IMG/VR virus record: IMGVR_UViG_3300013014_001174
Location: 14,220-78,219 of that record
Length of the DNA stretch: 64,000 nucleotides
Reading direction: 5' to 3' (one strand)
Origin: a virus
Shown here: in pieces, positions 1 through 10,364 of the stretch
How positions within the stretch are numbered: the stretch's first letter is position 1
Layout of the letters: each line of letters begins with the position of its first letter
The notes under the pieces: generated by a model
Told to the model about the DNA's origin: nothing
The model's database searches: none
What the model saw: the letters and a program-made list of their open reading frames with translations, nothing else
Program-made: the position numbers and the translations under genes

Positions 1-312
1 ATGCAAGAAATATATAATGAACTTGTAGAACAAAGAAATACCGCAATTAGAATCCAAAATAAAATGTTAACTATGATGAAAGAACCAGAAGATATGACTC
101 TTATTGGTCCGGTAATCGAAAAACAACAAAAAATAATAAATGATTGTGTGGAAAAAAAACTTTCACTTTCAAAACTCCAAGCGCAAATCTGGCAAAAATC
201 AAATGATAGGAATGAAGAATTTACTTTATCTGATTTAGATTTAGATGATGATGTTATGAAATCATTAATAGAAAAAGACACATCTGATAAAAGTTACAAA
301 ATGAAAAAATAA
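1..312 (+). CDS. hypothetical protein (probably 5'-truncated by the window)
   Basis: ORF from window edge; stop overlaps next start. Confidence 0.6.
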   Translation: MQEIYNELVEQRNTAIRIQNKMLTMMKEPEDMTLIGPVIEKQQKIINDCVEKKLSLSKLQAQIWQKSNDRNEEFTLSDLDLDDDVMKSLIEKDTSDKSYKMKK

Positions 313-2279
313 TGGCAATAGATATTCAGGAAGGATATGAAGCTATTGGTGGTTCGATACAAAAAAATCAAACTTACAAACAACTTTCTAGAGACTATAA
401 AAAGTTAAAGAAGAAAGTAGGTAGTTCTTTTGAGAAAAAAAAATCAAAAGTTACAAAACGTTTTGAAAAAGGAAAATCTAAATTTAACAAATGGCAAAAA
501 AAACAAAATAGTCAGTTAGATGAATTATTAAAAATAAAATTCCTTTCAGCTAATGACCAATTTACAGACGGTTTAAAAGACGGTTTAAAAGGTCTTGACC
601 CAAACAAGTTAGAAAAATTCAAAAAAGGTGGTGATGTAAAAAAATATATTATTGGTAAATTTATCACAGCATTAAACGAATTAAAACCAAAAATATTAGA
701 CTTATTACAACAAGAAATTTTTAACACAACTGGTTGTTCTGACGACCAAGAATACCAACCAAATCAAGACTTATATATTAACGTAAAATCAATAGATTTT
801 TTAGGGTTATTAAAAGTTGACCCAACAAGTAATATTGGTAAAATTTCATATGAAGAGGCTAATTTAAATTTTCCTAATTACCCATTTTCAATGAACAAGG
901 AGTTGTATCAAAGAATACAAAATATTAACCAACAATTTTCTGTTCAGTACTCGTCAAATTACCAAGGTAAGTCATTACAAGATTTATTTGATATTGAATA
1001 TACTGAATTGGACAATAACGGTGTTTCTGGAAATTACTTTAAAGTAACACCAAAACAAAGGGTTAGTGGTCAAAAAATAAAAGAATTTGTTAAAGATTAT
1101 TACCAATCAATAGAAATTATAGATTTCAAAAATATTTTTGCAAATTTAATGAATATCCTTACTGGAGCAATTTCTATTGAGAAGGGTGACGGAAAAAATG
1201 ATTTGGGTGATTTTTATAAAGTTTCATTGGTAATACAACGAATATTAGGTTTATGTTTTGATGGTACAAAAGAAATTGATGTTTCTGGTTCTGCTAAAAT
1301 TTCAGAAAACGATAACATTGACGATTCTTTTTTTGAATTTGACGAACTTGAGACTTTATTTATTGACCAGTCTGTTTCTGACGTATTAAATGGTGTTGTT
1401 GAATTTGAGGAATGTTTAACAATTAAATTACCAGTTGATACTACGGCTATAGTTACAGCTGTATCAAATTTAATTTTTGTTCCGGGATCAAATAATTCAA
1501 ACACAATCGAAGACGCAACTAATATCACAAATTCATTAACTCAAAATCCAGATTGGTTACCGTTACAAATAAATATTGACGAATCAATGATTAAAGAGTT
1601 TCCAAAGGCAGTTGTGTTTGCATTATTAACACCAAAAGTAATATTACCTTTAGCAATAGTACTTTTAGCTTTAGGTAATCAAGGACTTAATTTGGTAAAA
1701 TCATATGTGGATTTTTTCAAAAAATTTAAAGATTTGGTTGTTAATTTAGTTTCAAAAATTTATGGAATTTTTATAAAAATTATTTTTGATTTAGTTGTTC
1801 AGGACATTAAACAATTAATTTCAACAATAACTGTTGATATAAAATTAGAAAAAAATAAAAAATCTTTATCAATAATATTTGCATTAACACAAATACTATT
1901 AAAAATTGCGGACATTATTGTTGATGTTCGTGAATGTAAAAGTGTTATAGATAATTTATTAAAATTATTAAAGTTGGCATCTAGAGGTTTTGGTAATCAA
2001 ATACCACTTCCTTTATTATTAGCAACAAGATTTTTAAGTGGATTTTCTTCGACTAGAGCTTATCTTAATGTTATAGAAGAATTTGAAAAACTTGGTATAC
2101 CAACTGGACCACTTCCTGATGGTACACCTAATAAATTTGTAATAGCAATGAAGGCTGTTATTGATGGTATGGATAAAGAAGAAGCAGAAAATGGTCAAGT
2201 ACAAATTGCTATTGATCCATTATCAATAACACCAATTGGTACCACATTGCCAAGTATTGCGTTTGGAAAAAAAGTATAA
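312..2279 (+). CDS. hypothetical virion/baseplate-region protein
   Basis: 655-aa ORF coupled to neighbours, upstream of gp5-like gene. Confidence 0.6.
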   Translation: MAIDIQEGYEAIGGSIQKNQTYKQLSRDYKKLKKKVGSSFEKKKSKVTKRFEKGKSKFNKWQKKQNSQLDELLKIKFLSANDQFTDGLKDGLKGLDPNKLEKFKKGGDVKKYIIGKFITALNELKPKILDLLQQEIFNTTGCSDDQEYQPNQDLYINVKSIDFLGLLKVDPTSNIGKISYEEANLNFPNYPFSMNKELYQRIQNINQQFSVQYSSNYQGKSLQDLFDIEYTELDNNGVSGNYFKVTPKQRVSGQKIKEFVKDYYQSIEIIDFKNIFANLMNILTGAISIEKGDGKNDLGDFYKVSLVIQRILGLCFDGTKEIDVSGSAKISENDNIDDSFFEFDELETLFIDQSVSDVLNGVVEFEECLTIKLPVDTTAIVTAVSNLIFVPGSNNSNTIEDATNITNSLTQNPDWLPLQINIDESMIKEFPKAVVFALLTPKVILPLAIVLLALGNQGLNLVKSYVDFFKKFKDLVVNLVSKIYGIFIKIIFDLVVQDIKQLISTITVDIKLEKNKKSLSIIFALTQILLKIADIIVDVRECKSVIDNLLKLLKLASRGFGNQIPLPLLLATRFLSGFSSTRAYLNVIEEFEKLGIPTGPLPDGTPNKFVIAMKAVIDGMDKEEAENGQVQIAIDPLSITPIGTTLPSIAFGKKV

Positions 2280-2281
2280 AT

Positions 2282-2491
2282 ATGGAAAAGGTAACAAAAG
2301 AACAAATTTTAGATACTGTGTCAAAATATAAGGAAAAATCTAATAAAGAATTAGAAATTGCTCTTGAGTTTATAAACACAGAATTTGAAAAGACAAAGGA
2401 AAATCTTATTAAGTTAACCGACCATTTAGATAAGTTAGAAATTACATATAATACAATATTAAAAGAATATAAAAATAGAAATGCAAGATAA
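2282..2491 (+). CDS. small coiled-coil hypothetical protein
   Basis: ORF tightly packed in operon. Confidence 0.6.
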   Translation: MEKVTKEQILDTVSKYKEKSNKELEIALEFINTEFEKTKENLIKLTDHLDKLEITYNTILKEYKNRNAR

Positions 2492-4037
2492 AAGAATAAT
2501 TCTTCCTGGTAAGGTTTTAGATAATGTTGATCCGTTAATGTTGGGTAGAGTAAGAATTGAACCACAAACAAAACTTGAAAATCAGTCAGTACCAACAAAA
2601 CCAGATGGTTCACCGAAATCAGTTGGTGATTATGCTTGGACTTCAGAAGACCCATTTATCTTTATTCCGTTATTACCTTATTATGTTAATCAAGTTCCAG
2701 AAGTTGGTGAATACGTTAATATTATTTATTCAACAAGAGTTGAACCTTTATCAAATAATAAATTTTATGTTCAGGGCCCTTTAAGTAGACCTTGGAACAA
2801 CGAAAGAGAAACATTCTTAAACGCCCAATCAGTTTTAGATAATGGGACATCAATTCAAAAAAGTTACGAACCTAGAAATAGTAGTACTGGTGTTGTACAA
2901 GAGATTGTAAAAGATATATACCCATTGCCTGGTGATAACGCACTTTTAAGTCGAGGCACTACTGATGTTGTTTTAAAGAAAAATGATGTTTTACTAAGGG
3001 CTGGTAAATATAGAAAAATAGTTGTAGAACAATCAAGTGGTGTTGGTGAAATTACACAACCAGATGTAACACCATACGATAAAAGATCTTTCTTACAATT
3101 ATCAATATTTGACCAAGAATTGGTAGATGTTGGTACCGAAACTTATGATATAACAAAGTTTGTTGATAAAGATGTAAAAAACTTTGTTGAATGGGATATT
3201 TCAAATGTTAACCTTACTGCAGATACTGTTGATGGTTACGTACAAGTAAGTACTGTAAAAAATGTTACAACATCTAATTTTGGGTTTAATACTGGCACTA
3301 CCGTAAATTGCAATTTAATCCCTAATTCAAAATATGTGTTTACTGGATTAAGTGTTGAGGATTCCATTATTTTTATTAATACGTATATTAGAGGTTTTAA
3401 TAAAGGTTTTATCAATATTGATGGTTATAACAAATACCCAAATTCTGGAAATTTAATAGGACAATTTCCTTTTGTTTTTGGTCCAAGTATTTCAACCAAC
3501 ACAAAAATATTAAACACAAGTCCAAGTCTAACAATAGATTTTGTGGAAAATAATGTGGTAATTAACATTTATAACAAAATAAAACTTTTTGACTCAAGTG
3601 ACCAACCAGGTTTTGCCGTTATTTGGGATTATAATAGGGTTGGTCCACAGACAATCAAAAGCTCAACAGATATTGAAAGAGCAGAATATAAAGATAATCC
3701 AGTTACTTATGCAACAATGGGTGGTGACTTCCTTTATCTCCTTACTCACCAAACAACTGATGATAAATTTACAATCGATTTAAAAAACACTTTATATGGT
3801 ATTGACCAACCAACATTTACAGATTATTTAAAAGATAGAACAAATTCTATGGTTAGAGGTGAAGAGTTATATAATCTATTAGATAAACTAATAAGATGGA
3901 TATCAGGACATGTTCATAACCCAGTTGACGCACCTTGTTATCTATCTGGTGAAGGTGAAAATAGTGTTAGTCTAGACGACATAAAAAAAGAATTAAACTC
4001 AAAAAGATTTTTAAATCCAAATATTCGAATTAATTGA
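2481..4037 (+). CDS. baseplate hub/central spike protein (T4 gp5/VgrG-like)
   Basis: N-terminal DPLMLGRVRI OB-fold motif; C-terminal HVH spike metal-binding motif. Confidence 0.65.
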   Translation: MQDKRIILPGKVLDNVDPLMLGRVRIEPQTKLENQSVPTKPDGSPKSVGDYAWTSEDPFIFIPLLPYYVNQVPEVGEYVNIIYSTRVEPLSNNKFYVQGPLSRPWNNERETFLNAQSVLDNGTSIQKSYEPRNSSTGVVQEIVKDIYPLPGDNALLSRGTTDVVLKKNDVLLRAGKYRKIVVEQSSGVGEITQPDVTPYDKRSFLQLSIFDQELVDVGTETYDITKFVDKDVKNFVEWDISNVNLTADTVDGYVQVSTVKNVTTSNFGFNTGTTVNCNLIPNSKYVFTGLSVEDSIIFINTYIRGFNKGFINIDGYNKYPNSGNLIGQFPFVFGPSISTNTKILNTSPSLTIDFVENNVVINIYNKIKLFDSSDQPGFAVIWDYNRVGPQTIKSSTDIERAEYKDNPVTYATMGGDFLYLLTHQTTDDKFTIDLKNTLYGIDQPTFTDYLKDRTNSMVRGEELYNLLDKLIRWISGHVHNPVDAPCYLSGEGENSVSLDDIKKELNSKRFLNPNIRIN

Positions 4038-4057
4038 TATTTATATTAAAAAAGTAA

Positions 4058-5515
4058 ATGTCGATTCATAATTCATATTTCAGTAGAAATAATACTATTG
4101 TTTATAGTGGTGAAACAAACACGGGTAGAAACCCTATTATTGAATTATATTACGCCGACGGCGGTGTAAAAGTACCTATTGGGTTTTCTAGATGTATATT
4201 TGATATCGATTTAACGGAACTTCAAGAAAAGTATAACCAAAAAATCATTTCAACCGGATGCACAACAAATATAAGACACGTATTACGTATGATTAATACG
4301 TCTTCATTTAGTAGAGATTTTTTAAATACAAAAACATCAGAAGAAAAAGAAAGGGCAACATCATTTGATTTAATTGTCTGGAGAATACCATATGAAGATT
4401 TTAATGAAACTTTACCTCAATATTGGGACGAAGGTGTTGGTTATGATTTTTCCGATTTAGATTCCGTACCTGGTGATAGAAATTATTCAACAAGACCATC
4501 AAATTGGTATTTAAGACAAACTCTTACACCTTGGCAACAAGATGGTGTTTATAACAATGAGAACTACGGAACATTTCCATTTTCAGCATTAACAATTGTT
4601 GGTGTACAACATTTTGAATTTGGTAATGAAGATTTGGAAATTGATATGACAAGTGAGATTGAAGCAATTTTGGATGGTTCATTTGTTAATCCAGTTGGTT
4701 GGGGAATATCTTTTTTACCTCAACTTGAAAACTTAACCGGAACAACAAAATCATACTATGTTGGTTTCTTTTCTAGACACACTCAAACATTTTATGAACC
4801 AAGACTTGAAACAATTTATGATGATTTAATACAAGACAATAGAAATAACTTTTCATTAGGTAAAGTTAATAAATTATATCTTTATACATATGAAGATGGT
4901 GATTTTGTAAATTTAGATGAAATACCAAAAGTAACAATTGCAGACCAAACCGGAACTCCAATACCTGGACTTATTAATTTAGATAGTTGTCAGAGAACAA
5001 AAGGTGTTTATGAAATTGCAATACCACCATTATTAAATTATCATTCACCTTGTATTTTTACAGATACTTGGAGTAACATAAAATTAAATAATTTTTCATT
5101 ACCAAATGTTGTTAATGAATTTGTAATCAAACCTTTAGAAAGTTCATTACAATTTGGTACAACAACAAATGACCCATCAATCTATGGTTTTGACTTTTTT
5201 GGTATTAAACAAGATGAAAAAATATTAAATACCGATATTAGAAAAGTTGGTGTGATAATTAAAAAAGCATACACAAAAAACCAACAACTACCAAAAGTGG
5301 AAGCTTATTATAGAGTTTATGTAAGAGAGGGACAAACAGAAGTTCAAGTACAAGACTGGACAATGTTAAATAGAACACCAAATGAGTACTACTTAATTTT
5401 TGATACAAGAGATAAAATACCAAATGAATATTATATTGATTTAAAGGTAATCTCTAGTGGTGAAGTAAATACTTATAAAAGAACAATAAAGTTTCAAATA
5501 GTTAATAAAAAATAA
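4058..5515 (+). CDS. putative virion structural protein
   Basis: 485-aa beta-rich ORF preceded by TATTTATA motif. Confidence 0.55.
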   Translation: MSIHNSYFSRNNTIVYSGETNTGRNPIIELYYADGGVKVPIGFSRCIFDIDLTELQEKYNQKIISTGCTTNIRHVLRMINTSSFSRDFLNTKTSEEKERATSFDLIVWRIPYEDFNETLPQYWDEGVGYDFSDLDSVPGDRNYSTRPSNWYLRQTLTPWQQDGVYNNENYGTFPFSALTIVGVQHFEFGNEDLEIDMTSEIEAILDGSFVNPVGWGISFLPQLENLTGTTKSYYVGFFSRHTQTFYEPRLETIYDDLIQDNRNNFSLGKVNKLYLYTYEDGDFVNLDEIPKVTIADQTGTPIPGLINLDSCQRTKGVYEIAIPPLLNYHSPCIFTDTWSNIKLNNFSLPNVVNEFVIKPLESSLQFGTTTNDPSIYGFDFFGIKQDEKILNTDIRKVGVIIKKAYTKNQQLPKVEAYYRVYVREGQTEVQVQDWTMLNRTPNEYYLIFDTRDKIPNEYYIDLKVISSGEVNTYKRTIKFQIVNKK

Positions 5516-7548
5516 TGACAAATATAATAAGATTTAACGTATCTGGTTGTAGTGATGGTCTTACTTATACCTTTGTTGTTGATGATACGTTATCGGCAAC
5601 AACCACTAATGGTACTTACTATTTTAATCAAGTCTTTGGTGGTCGTATACCATCAGGATGTTATACCCGAATAGATGAAAGTAAACCTGACCAAGGGACT
5701 CCAAATATGATATTAGGTGATACATATACCGATTGTTTAGATTGTCTTAATAGTAATTCACAATATGTTTTAGTTGGGTTTTGTCCACCAAGTGAAAATA
5801 GGAATCTATTTCCTTTACCAACATCCGCATTTACTGGGACATTAGATGTTGGGCAAACTTATTACATTTCATTTATATATATTGGGGGTAAACCAATAAC
5901 GTGGTGTTTTAATATTAATTCTTTTTTAGTTGAATATGAAGGAGACGTTGGTCAAGTAATTAGTATATCACCGTTAGAAGACAATTGTGAAACCTGTATT
6001 GCAGAAAACTCATTTACGTATGAAGTTACGGATTGTCTTGATGGATTTATCAAATACGTCCAATTACCAAGTGATGATTATATTGGTAATCTAATCACCT
6101 ATTATGACCCATTGTTATTCCAACAATTCTGTGGTGTTGTTGGGGGTGTGACTGAAGGCTCAAGTCCAGACGTAACATTGGTTGCCGATTTAGGTCCATT
6201 TATTGATCCATCTCAATGTGAAGAATGTTTAGGACAAGTTGCGGATAAAAGAATCATTACAAATTGTATAAACGGAACAGAACAAGTTGTGTGGGCATCA
6301 ACATTATTAGGATCAGAAGATTTTAGTAATTTATCATATGAACTTGGTTGTTATGATATTGGAGATTTAACTGAAAGTGGTATAACAATATCATCATTTT
6401 TAAATTTTGAGCCTCAGCCCTCTTGTACGGATTGTATTGAGTGTACAGGTATTCAATATAATTATTCAACTTGTAGTGGTGCAGGTCCAATAGGGGGATT
6501 TAGCTATAGTGACACTACCGCTTCGGTATTAACAGATGGTACGTATTACGTAACGGGCAGCACTGATGGTAGTGGCCAATATGCGTTATTTGAAGTTATA
6601 GTAGAATTTAATACAATAACTTCAATCGGATTACCTAATCTTGGTATTTTATATGATGTTGGTGATACCATAACGCTTTTAGGTGGTGAGATTGGCGGTA
6701 TTAGTCCTGATGATGATATTATTATTACGGTACAGAATGTAGCGAATGAAGGTTCATTAATTTCTTATCAATATATTGAAAACCCCATTGGTACCACGTT
6801 ATATGTTCCGTGGTTAGATGATTGTGTTGAGATTACGTCGTATTCAAACCCAATAGTTAGCACTTCTTATCCAATATATAGTTTTAATTTATTAATAGAT
6901 TGTGAAACTTGTAATCTTTCTGATAATTTTGTTTGGTTAGGCGAAAGTTGTAGTACAGGATCACAAGCAATAATTACAACTACAAATGGGTTTATTACTG
7001 GAGACAGAGTTAAAGTAAAATGGGGATCAGTTGATTTTGATTGTTACACTTTACTAAGCCCTTATGACCCATCTATGGGTCCTTATCCAATATACAACTC
7101 ATTAACAAGTGACGCTTACCAAATTTGTGACGACTGTTTATTAAGTTCAAGAGTTAATATTTCAATCTCCGAATGTGATGGTTCAAATCAACAATATGTT
7201 AGTGTTTCGTTAAGTGATTATTTTATGTTTTATAATTTTGGGTATACCACATTTAATATTATACAATATAGTAAATGTTATGTTATTAATGGTACTTGCC
7301 TTGTAAACGGAGATTATCCAGAAATTAATATTCTTAATTTTTACTTTAATTGTATTGAGTGTAATATTGATAACATTAGACCACCAAGAAGTGCAAATAC
7401 AGAAAACTTTATTTGTGTACCGGATTGTGAATTTACCGGATCAACGGCGGTAACGCCACCACATCCAGTATGGACTGATGGTTATGGAACTGAAGTAACA
7501 CAATTAAATATGATTACATTGGGTGGAATAAATGGATTAAACGGATAA
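5515..7548 (+). CDS. Cys-rich (CxxC repeat) fibre/decoration-like protein
   Basis: repeated CxxC modules; C-terminal ~50 aa shared with next gene. Confidence 0.55.
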   Translation: MTNIIRFNVSGCSDGLTYTFVVDDTLSATTTNGTYYFNQVFGGRIPSGCYTRIDESKPDQGTPNMILGDTYTDCLDCLNSNSQYVLVGFCPPSENRNLFPLPTSAFTGTLDVGQTYYISFIYIGGKPITWCFNINSFLVEYEGDVGQVISISPLEDNCETCIAENSFTYEVTDCLDGFIKYVQLPSDDYIGNLITYYDPLLFQQFCGVVGGVTEGSSPDVTLVADLGPFIDPSQCEECLGQVADKRIITNCINGTEQVVWASTLLGSEDFSNLSYELGCYDIGDLTESGITISSFLNFEPQPSCTDCIECTGIQYNYSTCSGAGPIGGFSYSDTTASVLTDGTYYVTGSTDGSGQYALFEVIVEFNTITSIGLPNLGILYDVGDTITLLGGEIGGISPDDDIIITVQNVANEGSLISYQYIENPIGTTLYVPWLDDCVEITSYSNPIVSTSYPIYSFNLLIDCETCNLSDNFVWLGESCSTGSQAIITTTNGFITGDRVKVKWGSVDFDCYTLLSPYDPSMGPYPIYNSLTSDAYQICDDCLLSSRVNISISECDGSNQQYVSVSLSDYFMFYNFGYTTFNIIQYSKCYVINGTCLVNGDYPEINILNFYFNCIECNIDNIRPPRSANTENFICVPDCEFTGSTAVTPPHPVWTDGYGTEVTQLNMITLGGINGLNG

Positions 7549-8179
7549 TTAATATATTTATATAAAAAAAGATATTATGACAAATTATATTATAAATGAA
7601 TGTTTAACTAACGATGTATATATTATTTCAGCGGTAACGTTAACGTTGGGAGAATCGATAAGGTTTGGTGTTGGTGAGGATCTATTTTGTGGTAATGTTG
7701 TGACCGTAACTGAGGAATCTATAACACCTCTTTCTTACTTGAATGCTCAATATCCAAATTGTTGTGAGTGTTTAGCCGATAATGTAGAATCTTTAAATTT
7801 TAAATTTATACAATGTGGTACAGAAAATGAAATTAATATAGAAGCACTTAATTTTTGTGATCAATTTGGATCACCCACTACAGGTCTTACTTATGAAATA
7901 CAATTTGCTTCTGAAACACCATTTTGTGCTACTTTTGGAGGGTTAAGTGAATCAGGTCAAACAGATTATTCATACGTTTCAGGGCCCTTTTCGGTTTGTG
8001 AAGATTGTGGAGAAGAACTACCAAGAAGCGCAAATACAGAAAACTTTATTTGTATTCCAGATTGTGAATTTACTGGATCAACGGCGGTAACGCCACCACA
8101 CCCAGTATGGACTGATGGTTATGGAACTGAAGTAACTCAATTAAATATGATAGTTTTAGGAGGACCTAACGGATTAAAC
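7383..8179 (+). repeat. ~160-bp direct repeat (7383-7542 and 8020-8179) encoding the shared C-terminus
   Basis: PRSANTENFICxPDCEFTGSTAVTPPHPVWTDGYGTEVTQLNMI in both genes; mostly synonymous differences. Confidence 0.9.
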
Positions 8180-8185
8180 GCTTAA
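7577..8185 (+). CDS. short paralogue of the Cys-rich protein
   Basis: same CxxC modules and near-identical C-terminus. Confidence 0.55.
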   Translation: MTNYIINECLTNDVYIISAVTLTLGESIRFGVGEDLFCGNVVTVTEESITPLSYLNAQYPNCCECLADNVESLNFKFIQCGTENEINIEALNFCDQFGSPTTGLTYEIQFASETPFCATFGGLSESGQTDYSYVSGPFSVCEDCGEELPRSANTENFICIPDCEFTGSTAVTPPHPVWTDGYGTEVTQLNMIVLGGPNGLNA

Positions 8186-8189
8186 TAAT

Positions 8190-8645
8190 ATGAGAAATTT
8201 AGATAGAATTATAAAAAAAGTTTTAAGAGAAGAAGAGGAACATAGGTCTGGAAGATATATGTTTTTTTCTAACTTAGAACAAATGAGAAGACAATGTGAT
8301 TTATTACTTGATTTAGATGAAGAAATGGTTGAGTCTATTTTAGAAAATGGTCACGATTGGGCTCAAGATCACATCTCTGAAGCAAAAAATAATATGGATC
8401 AAGTTTTTGATTTTATTATGAATGAATCAAAAAAAGATGGTATGGAAATGTCTATGAATATTGACGATAAGGATATGGTTATGTCAGAAGGTAAGAAAAA
8501 AAAGAATGTTGCAACTAATAAAAAATTATGGCAACAATCTTTATCTTGGGCTAGAGCAAGATACGACGTTTGTCCGAGCGCATATTGTAATGGCGCTGCC
8601 GTTAAGAGGTACAACTCTAAAGGTGGTAAGTGGATAAAAAAATAA
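8190..8645 (+). CDS. hypothetical protein with N-terminal 'RIIKKVLREE' motif
   Basis: ORF; motif shared with other putative head proteins. Confidence 0.6.
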   Translation: MRNLDRIIKKVLREEEEHRSGRYMFFSNLEQMRRQCDLLLDLDEEMVESILENGHDWAQDHISEAKNNMDQVFDFIMNESKKDGMEMSMNIDDKDMVMSEGKKKKNVATNKKLWQQSLSWARARYDVCPSAYCNGAAVKRYNSKGGKWIKK

Positions 8646-8690
8646 TTTACAGATTTAGACACTTTACCCAAATTCCATATATTTATATAT

Positions 8691-9596
8691 ATGGAAACAA
8701 AGTATTGTAAAGAATGTAATGAATTAAAACCATTAAGTGAGTTTTATACTTCACAAAAAGGTTTATTATGTAAACATCACCACAAATTACGAGGCAGAAC
8801 CAACAAAAAAAAGTATAGACAAGATCCAAAAAATATTGAAAAAGAAAAATTAAAATCACAAGAAAGAAAATTGAGATTATGGGTCAATAATTTATTACAC
8901 TCAACAAAAAGAAGGAATTGTGAAAATACATTAACTATTGACGAAATTCTTGAAATTTATAAAAACCAACGCGGTCTATGCTATTGGTTTAATATACCTT
9001 TAATTCCAACACTAACGAATAAACACCCACAACAACCTTCAATTGATAGACTAGATAGGTTTAAAGGTTATACAAAGGATAATGTTGTTTTAACTTGTTA
9101 TGTTGCTAATATTGGAAGAAATGAAACAAGCGTTGATGTTTGGCAAAATTTTATTTCTTTATTATTTAGTGGTAAATCACAAGAATCCAATTTAGGTTCT
9201 GAAATTATTAATTTAAAAAATAAAATTCAAGAATTAGAAACTAAAGATGAATTTGTAATATACGATGAAAATTTAAATGAAACGGTTGTTACAAATTTAT
9301 ATGAATATGGTAGACAAAATAATATTAATCAAAATACTTTAAGTTCTATCAGAAAGAAAAGAAAAAGAAACACCCAAAAAGGTTTAATAATTTTAAACAG
9401 AAGTAAAAATGAAACAATTGAAAAAAGAGTTTATAAATTAATATCACCAGATGGTGTTGAATTTAATTTAACTTCCTTGAGAAATTTTTGTTTAGAGTAC
9501 GGTTTGAACGACAGTGCTTTACATAGGGTTGGTAAAGGTGATTTACAACATTATAAAGGTTGGAAATGTGAATATAATAAAATACTATTAAAATAG
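8691..9596 (+). CDS. free-standing homing endonuclease (His-Me finger with NUMOD-like DNA-binding modules)
   Basis: CxxC N-terminus; PSIDRLD..GYTKDNVVLTC..AN core; C-terminal LISPDG..SLRNFC..HYKGW module. Confidence 0.7.
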   Translation: METKYCKECNELKPLSEFYTSQKGLLCKHHHKLRGRTNKKKYRQDPKNIEKEKLKSQERKLRLWVNNLLHSTKRRNCENTLTIDEILEIYKNQRGLCYWFNIPLIPTLTNKHPQQPSIDRLDRFKGYTKDNVVLTCYVANIGRNETSVDVWQNFISLLFSGKSQESNLGSEIINLKNKIQELETKDEFVIYDENLNETVVTNLYEYGRQNNINQNTLSSIRKKRKRNTQKGLIILNRSKNETIEKRVYKLISPDGVEFNLTSLRNFCLEYGLNDSALHRVGKGDLQHYKGWKCEYNKILLK

Positions 9597-9629
9597 TTTG
9601 TTTATTTCAAATAAAATTCACTATCTTTG
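9597..9629 (+). promoter_or_regulatory. Bacteroidota sigma-A-type promoter
   Basis: TTTG (9597-9600), 21 nt, TATCTTTG (9622-9629). Confidence 0.75.
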
Positions 9630-9649
9630 TAGAACAATAAACAAAAGAT

Positions 9650-10081
9650 ATGAAAAAAAGAATTAAGAGATTTTTTAAAAGGTTAAAATTAAAAACGTAT
9701 TTGTATTTTAAAAAGATTGGTTTTGCACCAACACATCAGGATGACCCAGCAACTTATGAAAAAACTTGTTTTCTGATTTGTCTTAAAGTAATACAACATC
9801 CAGATACAAAGTTTATGATTGCACCAATGTCAAATAAAAGGTATCTTGAAAATAAAGAAATTGATATTTTTATAACAATGGATTATGGTCGTGTCGATTT
9901 AACAAATCACGTATATCATTATAGTGTTAAATTAAGTAACAGAGATTGGGAAAGAATGTCTAAAATATTTGACGTAGAAACAGAAAAAAGACGTTTAAAA
10001 TATGAGGACATAATAAACTCTCAAATAAAAAATTCGTTACATAACGTATTAGAAAAAGTATCAAAAAGTGTTAACCAATAA
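9650..10081 (+). CDS. hypothetical protein
   Basis: ORF behind a host-type promoter. Confidence 0.6.
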   Translation: MKKRIKRFFKRLKLKTYLYFKKIGFAPTHQDDPATYEKTCFLICLKVIQHPDTKFMIAPMSNKRYLENKEIDIFITMDYGRVDLTNHVYHYSVKLSNRDWERMSKIFDVETEKRRLKYEDIINSQIKNSLHNVLEKVSKSVNQ

Positions 10082-10091
10082 TTTATATAAG

Positions 10092-10364
10092 ATGAAAAAT
10101 TTAATTTTAGTTTTAGTAGTCATATCAACTTTATTTAGTTGTAAAAATTCGTCAAAATTGACGTATAACACTTACAATGATAATACACCATATACGTACA
10201 AAATGGGTAATACAAAAAATAATGAAATTGATTTAATGAAATTAACTCCATTTGAGCGAGCTCTTATAAATACTTGGTCAGAAATGAGTGAAGAAGAACA
10301 AAATAAAATTAAGAGTTGTTTTATTTCATCTTCAAAAATTGACTCTTTATTTATTAAAAATTAA
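10092..10364 (+). CDS. putative lipoprotein
   Basis: MKNLILVLVVISTLFSC signal peptide and lipobox; start moved to ATG 10092. Confidence 0.6.
   Translation: MKNLILVLVVISTLFSCKNSSKLTYNTYNDNTPYTYKMGNTKNNEIDLMKLTPFERALINTWSEMSEEEQNKIKSCFISSSKIDSLFIKN

Noticed and set aside
7383-8179. Possible DGR template/variable repeat pair
   Set aside because: Differences are mostly synonymous and not adenine-specific, both copies are coding, and there is no reverse transcriptase in the window
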